A stretch of DNA of 12,987 bases from a bacterium (lineage in GTDB: Bacteria; RBG-13-61-14; DATKZS01), in assembly GCA_046484135.1 (NCBI GenBank), contig JAWOBU010000213.1, positions 1 through 12,987 of the forward strand, written 5' to 3'. Positions 1 through 6,695 of the stretch are shown in pieces; within the stretch, counting starts at the first letter, position 1; every line of letters starts with the position of its first letter. The position numbers and the translations under genes were made by a program. The notes beneath the pieces were generated by a model that did no database searches, was not told where the DNA came from, and saw nothing but the letters and a program-made list of their open reading frames with translations.

Positions 1-127
1 GGTAGAACACGGTCGGAGAAATACCGTGCTCCTCGCAAAGATCAGAAACAGCCACCTTGTCCACCAAATGACGCCTCAAAATCTTCGCCTTCTCCTCCGC
101 CGTAAATCGCTTTTGTTTCTTGCCCAT
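1..127 (-). CDS. IS3-family transposase OrfA, N-terminal HTH part (truncated by window edge; absent from ORF track)
   Basis: Manual translation from ATG 127: MGKKQKRFTAEEKAKILRRHLVDKVAVSDLCEEHGISPTVFY. This fits the R-F-T-x-E-x-K...V-x-D-L-C-x-x-x-G-I-S-x-x-x-F-Y pattern of HTH_Tnp_1-type OrfA proteins. AGGAGG (135-140) lies 7 nt upstream. Confidence 0.88.
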   Translation of the reverse strand, partial: MGKKQKRFTAEEKAKILRRHLVDKVAVSDLCEEHGISPTVFY

Positions 128-149
128 AATCACGCCTCCTTTCATGATA

Positions 150-178
150 ATTCTACAGGAGGCTTACTCCATTTCCAA
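150..178 (-). promoter_or_regulatory. Putative sigma70-type transposase promoter (pIRL)
   Basis: Minus strand TTGGAA (178-173), 17-nt spacer, TAGAAT (155-150). It partly overlaps the terminal IR region and lies upstream of the orfA RBS. Confidence 0.65.
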
Positions 179-191
179 CTGAAGCGGAACA

Positions 192-1292
192 CTTTTTTTC
201 TACCCGGGAGAATATCCCCGCGACATGGTCTCGGGAGACCTTAATGGTGATGGCATCGAGGACTTCGCCGTATCCACCTTTCGGAAGTCCACCCTTTACA
301 CCTACCTGGTGCATGCAGACGGAAGCATCAGCCACGCGGGGAGGTATGAGCTCGGCACCAACACCAGCTATATAGATTTAGGAGAACTAAACGGGGACAA
401 CTTTCCGGACATCGTGGCAGTGGACTGCGATATTGATAAGATGTTCGTGTTGTTTGGAAACGGCGACGGTACCATGAATCTCGCCAATATCTACGACCCC
501 GGCGACCGACCCCAGTCCGCCACCATAAGCGACGTCAACAATGACGGCTTCGGCGACATAATCGCCGGGACCCTTTACAGCCGCGGCTTCCGCATCTACT
601 ACGGGGACGGTCAAGGAGATTTTCCTGAAACCGAGTTCATCTCCACCAACGCCACCGCGGGCGCCTTCTCCCAGGTGTGGGACTTTGACAACGACGGATA
701 CAAAGACCTGGTGCTCTCCGGCAACGACAGGAACGGGGGGACCCCCTTCTTCGGCATCTTCAAGGGCGACGCCGGCGGATTCACGCCGACCCAAGTCTGG
801 CGCGAGCCTTATAGAATGGCTGCTCACCAGCTCTTGGACCTTAACACGGACGGGTACATGGACATTCTTGTCAAGTCATCCCCGGACGGCTCCGGCTGGG
901 CCCCTTCCACCCGGCTGAGAGCATTGATAAACCAGGGAGACGGTACCTTTGACTTCGGAGACAAGGTAGACGTCGGCCTAGGACACATCATGGCCAAGGC
1001 TGACCTGGACAATGACGGCGACCAGGACATTGCGCTGACCAACCGGGAAGACCCCACCCTGCGGGTCTTCCGCTCCAACGGCAAAGGCTGGTTTGAACCG
1101 ATGCTGGAGTACCCCATGCCCGACGTTAACGACGGGGTGATTACACTGGACCTCAATCAGGACAAAACCCCCGACATCCTCGTCTCTATTTACAAAAGCC
1201 CCGGGCACAGGGAAGTGATCCCCGTTTATAATCACAATTACTGGCAGTTTCCGGACAGCAAAGAAGGCCAGACGAACGCCGGAAAGAACTAA
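192..1292 (+). pseudogene. FG-GAP/VCBS-repeat beta-propeller protein, 5'-truncated by the IS (first internal ATG at 225)
   Basis: Seven DxxxDG-type repeats: GDLNGDGIED, GELNGDNFPD, SDVNNDGFGD, WDFDNDGYKD, LDLNTDGYMD, ADLDNDGDQD, LDLNQDKTPD. The frame is open back to the IS junction (192-224 = LFFYPGEYPRD), which resembles YDPGDRPQS preceding repeat 3. The in-frame stop at 180-182 lies inside the IS. There is no signal peptide after ATG 225. Confidence 0.8.
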
Positions 1293-1426
1293 GTTTTCCC
1301 AGCCACTGCCCAAGCCACCTCAACAGTCCGTTGGGCTTATATTCGGATTGTGCTGCCCGTATTTATTCTAAATTTTTCAGGAAATTTTTCCGTGCTTTTT
1401 TATGCCGGCTCCGGCCGAGCGCCGCC

Positions 1427-1473
1427 TTTTCAGCCGCAAATTTATGGGGTAAAATATGTCCCCATGTTTTACC
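1427..1473 (+). promoter_or_regulatory. Candidate promoter of the MCP gene with an overlapping inverted repeat
   Basis: TTTTCA (1427-1432), 17 nt, TAAAAT (1450-1455). The -10 lies inside the inverted repeat GGTAAAATATG-TCCC-CATGTTTTACC (1448-1473). Confidence 0.4.
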
Positions 1474-1540
1474 GACAAACCGCGGCGGAAGGGACATGTT
1501 TGTCTGAAACCGTATCCTCCTATCTTGCGGGTGCTGACAA

Positions 1541-3667
1541 GTGAACAGGAAAGCTCGGCTCTACGCGGTGCCAGGAAAGACCAGGGACAACCCCGGCCTG
1601 AACGCCCTTGCCACCCAGGTGGGAGTGAGCGTGGCAGGCGCCTTTGTTCTGCTGGCCTTCATGATGGCCGCGGTCCCGCTCATCCGGTACTTCTTCTGGC
1701 CTTTCTTCTTCCGGGGAGTCGTCGCCGCGATGCTGGCGGGCGCCCTGAGCATAATCTACAACTGGCGCTACAACCGGGCCCTCTATGCCCTCTCCAGGAG
1801 CGCGGCCGCGAATGAACGGTTGCCGGAGGACCAGGTGGAAAAGCTGGAGGAGACCGCCTCCCGGCTGCCGTTACGGCTTCTTTTCCTCACCTTGCTGCTC
1901 TGGCCCGCCACCACTTTGCTACTCGGCTTCTGGATGAACCTGGCCGGCTTTCTGGGCCTTGCCGACGCCATGCGCCTGGGAGTTACGGGGGTACTGTACT
2001 CTCCTTTGCAAGGGTTCATCTTTTATTTCCTCGCCCGGTTGAGCATGCGGGGCCTGGTACGTTTTCTTCACTCCTCCGGCAACATGGGCGGCTATGTCAT
2101 CACGGGCAGATGGGGCTTAAAGTCCAGGCTGGTCTGGAGCTTCGCCTGCCTGGCCCTTATTCCGCTCCTCGCCGGCGTGTTGCTTTACGGCGTACAAAAA
2201 GAACACGATGCTGTCGAGAAGAGCCTTGACAAGACTTGTCTTGCCCTGGAAGCGTTGCACGCTGCTGGAAGCGGAAAGAACGGCGCCTGGGAGGAGGCCA
2301 CAAAAGAAGTGCTCGCCGGAGTCGAGCTGCCGAGTTCCGCCCGCTTTCTGGTTGTTGATGAAAACGGAGAGCTTCTCGCCGGGGGCATGGGCTGGGAAGC
2401 GCGGCAGGTGTGGAGCCGCGAGAGCAAGGACCGCCCTTCACCGGGAACGTGCCGGGTCCGGCCGGTCCCCGGCACCCGCCAATACGTGGCCATGAGATAC
2501 TTCCCGGACCCCGGCGTGTTGGTAAGCGCTTCCCTTCATCCTTTAAGCCGGTCGGACGCCTTTTTCTTTTTTTCGGGGACAACTCTTATCACGGCTTTTC
2601 TGGTGGTCGGCCTGGCCGTTCTTCTGGGGTATCTTGCCGCGGACGACGTGATAAAAACTTTACACGGCATCTCCGGCGAGGCCGCAAAACTGGCCAAGGG
2701 TCGCTACTCGCCTGTCTCCGGATTCCTGGCGGACCGGGAGATGCAGGAGCTGGTTGACTCTTTGAATACTCTTTCCGGCTCCATGAAAAAGGAGCTTAAG
2801 AGGTCGGAAGAAATCATGCAGGAGACCGGCAATATAATCAGCGAGCTTGCCTCCTGCTCGGCGGAGCTCCGGAGCCATGCGCAAAGACAGCGGGAGATAC
2901 TGGACGAGCACTCTCCCATGGTCTCCCGGGCCGGCGACAAGGCGGACGAGCTCGCTGCCGCGGCCGGCGCCATCCGCAATGAAGCGCAGGGAAGCCGGGA
3001 CAGCATGGGGGAAGTGTTTCAAAAGTCCCGTTCCGCTGGAGAGACCTTGCAACACCTGCAGGAGATCATAAAGGGAATTGACGAAGCGTCCGGGGTTCTG
3101 GTGCGGGACATGGAAAAAGTGGAGTCCAACTACCGGCGAATGGAGGAAGTGGTAACCATCATAGACGACGTGGCCGACCGGAGCGAAATGGTGGCCTTGA
3201 ACGCTTCCCTCGAGTCCTCCGGAGGCGAGGGAGGAAGGTCCCGCTTCTCCGTGGTGGCTTCCGAGATCCAGAGGCTCTCCGAGAACATCTCCCGGCAGAC
3301 CTCGGCCATAAAAGCCATCTTCGGCGAGGTCAAGAACGCCAGCGTGGAGATGGTCCAGTACATCGAGATAAACCGGGACAAAAGCTCAGGAGCGCCGGAG
3401 TGGTCGGCAAAGCTAATGCAGACCCTGGAGGGCATCCGCTCGAAAGCCCACCGCGCTTCCGCGGCGGTTGAAAAAATCGAGAAGCGGGCCGAGGAACAAA
3501 ACAGCTCCCTGGAACAGATGAGAATGGCCATGGGAGAGATAAAAAGCATGACCGACATTATGGACCAGACCAGCCAGGGGACCGAGTCCACCTCCGGCAA
3601 GCTGGCCGACCTCTCGAAAAGGCTGGAGGAAATAGTCTCGGACCGCCACGGGCAAAAGCCGGACTAA
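1541..3667 (+). CDS. Methyl-accepting chemotaxis protein with multi-pass N-terminus, extracytoplasmic sensor region, HAMP and MCP signalling domain
   Basis: 708 aa with about 5 hydrophobic segments in the first ~216 aa, a ~120-aa polar loop, and a TM (FFFFSGTTLITAFLVVGLAVLLGYLA). A HAMP-like segment (REMQELVDSLNTL) precedes a coiled signalling domain with IDDVADRSEMVALNASLE...FSVVASEIQRLSE and a methylation-like AEEQ. The GTG start is uncertain (weak RBS; in-frame TGA at 1535). Confidence 0.9.
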   Translation: MNRKARLYAVPGKTRDNPGLNALATQVGVSVAGAFVLLAFMMAAVPLIRYFFWPFFFRGVVAAMLAGALSIIYNWRYNRALYALSRSAAANERLPEDQVEKLEETASRLPLRLLFLTLLLWPATTLLLGFWMNLAGFLGLADAMRLGVTGVLYSPLQGFIFYFLARLSMRGLVRFLHSSGNMGGYVITGRWGLKSRLVWSFACLALIPLLAGVLLYGVQKEHDAVEKSLDKTCLALEALHAAGSGKNGAWEEATKEVLAGVELPSSARFLVVDENGELLAGGMGWEARQVWSRESKDRPSPGTCRVRPVPGTRQYVAMRYFPDPGVLVSASLHPLSRSDAFFFFSGTTLITAFLVVGLAVLLGYLAADDVIKTLHGISGEAAKLAKGRYSPVSGFLADREMQELVDSLNTLSGSMKKELKRSEEIMQETGNIISELASCSAELRSHAQRQREILDEHSPMVSRAGDKADELAAAAGAIRNEAQGSRDSMGEVFQKSRSAGETLQHLQEIIKGIDEASGVLVRDMEKVESNYRRMEEVVTIIDDVADRSEMVALNASLESSGGEGGRSRFSVVASEIQRLSENISRQTSAIKAIFGEVKNASVEMVQYIEINRDKSSGAPEWSAKLMQTLEGIRSKAHRASAAVEKIEKRAEEQNSSLEQMRMAMGEIKSMTDIMDQTSQGTESTSGKLADLSKRLEEIVSDRHGQKPD

Positions 3668-4920
3668 ACCTCGGATCCTTCCGGCAAGCCCGCCGTGATC
3701 GGCCGCGGGACCTTTTCTTTCAAAACGGAAGAAATACTTTGCAAAGAAAAGTCGAGCATCCGGTCCGCTTCCACAAGAACGCCCTGGATGGCCCGCGAAC
3801 TCGCCGGGTAACCCGCCTTTTCAATCTCCGCTTTTGTCTGTAAAGCCTCCCGGATGATGGACAGTGCCCGCTCCATCTCCTCGGTCATGGCCAGGGAGCC
3901 CTGCTCCCAGGCAAGGACCAGGGTCTGCCACTCGGGGGGATTGATAAGATGCCTGACCTTATCGAAAAGGGCGGGCCGGTCCGGGTAAAGAAAATCGCGG
4001 ATACGCTCCAGGCAGTAATCAGGGTCAGAAAGGCGTTGCCTTAAGGTCTCGCGCCGGTCCTTCTCCTCCTTGGCCCGGGCCAGGCTACCGAGCTCGGAAA
4101 TGAGCTCCTCCTTGATGGAAACGGTGAGCTCGCTTCTAAGCCGCTTGATGATCTCCAGGTGAGCATCCACTCCCAGACCGACGGAAGAAGAACGGTCAAG
4201 CTTCTCTCCCCAGGCATCCCGGTCAAAGCTTTCTGAACCGAAGAACGAGGCGGAGTCGTCCTGCCCGATCGGGATGGTATGATCGGATGCACCGGCTTGT
4301 TCTTCCCCCGCATCGGCATAAGCCTCCTGCTCCGGGAAAAAAGAACCGCCCTCCTCGGCCGGTTCATAACCGGACGGCGCGGGTTCAAGCTCTGCGGAAC
4401 TTTCCGCTTCTTCCTCTGACTCGTCCCCATCAAGGTCTATCTCGACCTCTATGCCTTCCGCTTCCTGGTCCTCTTCCTGCTCGAAACGCTGCCGGAGCTC
4501 GCGGTAAACCTCCGGGCGAAGCTCCTGCCGAAGCTGCTCTTTGATGTCCTTTTCCATCTCGTCCTTCAAGTCCGCGTAAACCACTTCCTTGAGCTCCGAG
4601 CGAAGCCAGTCCCGAATGGACTCGTTCATACCGGGGTCAAAACCTGGGGGGAGCTTGATCTCCATTCCCAAACCGGACAGCTCTTCTTTTACCCGGGAGA
4701 AGACCCGCGAGAAAATATGGTCCGGGATCGAGTACTCCTTCCGCACCCATAGATAAAACTGGTCCGTCTCCAGGACGTTGTCCCGCACCGACGAAGGAAT
4801 GATCTGGCGCACGAAATGGTCAATCATGGCCGCGGGCATGAAGTCCCGGAAACCGGAAGTCAGGCAGGCCTGCTCGAAAATCCGGACCAGGTCCCGATTA
4901 TGAACGGAGAATGAAGACAT
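3664..4920 (-). CDS. Hypothetical cytoplasmic protein: helical segments flanking a long acidic low-complexity linker
   Basis: 418-aa ORF filling the gap between recognisable genes. It has protein-like E/K/R/L-rich composition, an AAGGAA upstream of the ATG, and no TM or signal peptide. No family was recognised. Confidence 0.8.
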   Translation of the reverse strand: MSSFSVHNRDLVRIFEQACLTSGFRDFMPAAMIDHFVRQIIPSSVRDNVLETDQFYLWVRKEYSIPDHIFSRVFSRVKEELSGLGMEIKLPPGFDPGMNESIRDWLRSELKEVVYADLKDEMEKDIKEQLRQELRPEVYRELRQRFEQEEDQEAEGIEVEIDLDGDESEEEAESSAELEPAPSGYEPAEEGGSFFPEQEAYADAGEEQAGASDHTIPIGQDDSASFFGSESFDRDAWGEKLDRSSSVGLGVDAHLEIIKRLRSELTVSIKEELISELGSLARAKEEKDRRETLRQRLSDPDYCLERIRDFLYPDRPALFDKVRHLINPPEWQTLVLAWEQGSLAMTEEMERALSIIREALQTKAEIEKAGYPASSRAIQGVLVEADRMLDFSLQSISSVLKEKVPRPITAGLPEGSEV

Positions 4921-4975
4921 GGCATCAGTTCCTTCTCAAGCTCTCTTCGGTTTGCATCCTTGGCCCGGCTTTTTT

Positions 4976-6643
4976 TTATTCAGCCGCGCCGTTCCCCCAC
5001 ATTTCCCGGGAGGAAAGCTCCGGCATCTCGCAGTCGTCAGTGCAGCCGGGGCTGCCGTACCAGAAAGCGGTGGCGTTCACGTCTATCTCGGTCTTCCGGT
5101 GATGATAGATTTCCATGTCGAACTTGATCCTTTTATCGAAAGGAATGACGTCCGGGAAATGCCACCGGTACTGGGACACGATCGCTTCTTTTGCCGTGGC
5201 CCTGGATATGGCTTCCCACAGGAAAGGAACGGGAAGGGCCTGGGGCACCACCAGCCATTCCTCGGTCGGGACCGGAATACCGTGGTAGGCGTGGGTGAAC
5301 TTGAAATACTGTACGCACCAGGCATAGCCGAAGTAGTCCTCCGTGCCCGTGCCGAAGATGGATGGAAACTTATCATCATCCACCCAGATCTTTTCGTCCC
5401 CTTCGCCCCACCAGAAAAGCTCCATGGGATTCCTCACGTTCATCACAAGGCCCGCAAAGTTACCGCGGCCCTCCGCCGAGAGCATGGTCATGTCCGACCA
5501 CGGCCGGGTGGGAAGGTCATTCTTCTCCCGGAAGCAGGCATGGAAGTAAAGAGAATCCGGGCCCCACTCCCACGGACGCGTTACAGCCTCCGCCCGCAGC
5601 TTGAGACGCTCGCCGCTCTGGTTCTCGAGCCAGAGCTTCGCATCCTCCCGGAAAGGCATCACCCACCGCGAAACCAGCCGCGCCCCGTTTTCCACGGGCA
5701 CGATGGAGGACGGAAGGGAATGAAGCTCGGGCGCTCCCGGAGACGCCCCGAAAAAATCTCCCAGCGGCACCGACACCGCCGCCGGATCGCCGTCCCACGA
5801 CATGGTAAGAAGCGTTTTCCCCAGGACCTCGGGCAGGGCTTTACTTTTGACCTCCAAAGTGAGCCGCGACAGAGCCCGCTCTCCCGAAAAAGTGAAAAGC
5901 TCCCCCGAAGCCCCCGGAGCAAGCTCGATCATCGCCTCGTCCGTCCTGCCCCGGTAAGTAAGGTTATCCGCCGGCTCGGACAGGATGGCCGCCGTTCTTT
6001 CCATCTCCTCTTCCAGCCCGGAAAGAGCGCTTCTGGAAAATGACTTGACCTTTATATCTTCCGGGTAGAGCCGGAGGTCCACGTGATAGTACATCATGGG
6101 AGGAGCCTCCTTCTTAGTGAAAAAGCTCCTCGAAACCGTGACCTTGACGGACTCGGAAAAAGGAATCGGAAAGATGAAATTGCCGCCCATGTTCCGCTTG
6201 TCAGCAAAGACCTCGGACCAGGGCTCTACCTTGCCGCCCAGAAGATCGTCCCCCCTGGACTCGATGGAAGGCTCGTCCTCGCCGTCTATGTAAACCCGCC
6301 ATATCTTGTTGCCCGGGTTCGCCGACCACATCCGAACCAGAGCCCCGGGTCCCTCGGCCTCAGCCATCACGAACTCGAAGCCTCGCTCCGTCTTCTCGGC
6401 CCGAAGATAGTTGCCAAAGTCCCGGTTCGCGTACCACGCCAGTACCTTGTCCTTGCCTTTTTCCGACTTCCGGTCATAACTGGAAAACTGGACCAGGCGC
6501 GTGCCTTCCGGAAAAGCGCGGGCCAGCCGGGAAAAAGAGCTCATCTGTTTCAAAAGGCTCCGGGTGGAGACCCGGTAAGAACTGCCGGAGGCAGAGGCCC
6601 CCAAGAGCATTACCAGGAAAACGATCAAAAAGCGGCGTTTCAT
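4976..6643 (-). CDS. Secreted DUF2961 / glycoside hydrolase family 172 protein
   Basis: Signal peptide MKRRFLIVFLVMLLGASA. Motifs FSSYDR, GPGALVRMWSAN, VPLGDFFG, MPF, YFHA, WWGEGDEKIWVD, GTGTEDYFGYAW, YRWHFPDVIPF. RBS GGAGGAG at 6648-6654. Confidence 0.9.
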   Translation of the reverse strand: MKRRFLIVFLVMLLGASASGSSYRVSTRSLLKQMSSFSRLARAFPEGTRLVQFSSYDRKSEKGKDKVLAWYANRDFGNYLRAEKTERGFEFVMAEAEGPGALVRMWSANPGNKIWRVYIDGEDEPSIESRGDDLLGGKVEPWSEVFADKRNMGGNFIFPIPFSESVKVTVSRSFFTKKEAPPMMYYHVDLRLYPEDIKVKSFSRSALSGLEEEMERTAAILSEPADNLTYRGRTDEAMIELAPGASGELFTFSGERALSRLTLEVKSKALPEVLGKTLLTMSWDGDPAAVSVPLGDFFGASPGAPELHSLPSSIVPVENGARLVSRWVMPFREDAKLWLENQSGERLKLRAEAVTRPWEWGPDSLYFHACFREKNDLPTRPWSDMTMLSAEGRGNFAGLVMNVRNPMELFWWGEGDEKIWVDDDKFPSIFGTGTEDYFGYAWCVQYFKFTHAYHGIPVPTEEWLVVPQALPVPFLWEAISRATAKEAIVSQYRWHFPDVIPFDKRIKFDMEIYHHRKTEIDVNATAFWYGSPGCTDDCEMPELSSREMWGNGAAE

Positions 6644-6667
6644 GTCACTCCTCCCAGCGTCGAGATT

Positions 6668-6695
6668 ATTCTACCGCCCCCGCATAAATCTTCAA
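6668..6695 (-). promoter_or_regulatory. Candidate internal promoter upstream of the GH172 gene
   Basis: Minus strand TTGAAG (6695-6690), 16 nt, TAGAAT (6673-6668). Confidence 0.35.

Larger units (their letters stand above)
1..191 (-). mobile_element. Left end of an IS3-family insertion sequence (continues beyond the window's left edge)
   Basis: The minus strand begins 5'-TGTTCCGCTTCAGTTGGAAATGGAG at 191, a TG terminus typical of IS3-family IRs. It is followed by a promoter, an AGGAGG RBS and an OrfA-like HTH reading frame. The host FG-GAP frame resumes exactly at 192. The right IR is outside the window, so it cannot be confirmed. Confidence 0.85.

Noticed and set aside
26..335. Track ORFs 26..244 (+) and 153..335 (-)
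   Set aside because: They cross the IS/host junction and are shadows of the transposase orfA and FG-GAP frames.
1474..1540. Resemblance to a c-di-GMP-I (GEMM) riboswitch (CAAACC...GGGAC...GTCTGAAACC) upstream of an MCP
   Set aside because: It lacks a GNRA-capped P2 stem and the GCAAAGC junction after GGGAC. Not supportable without an Infernal hit.
4962..4990. Imperfect inverted repeat around a T run at the GH172 stop
   Set aside because: The T run is in the loop and there is no U tract after the stem on the coding (minus) strand, so it is not a convincing terminator.
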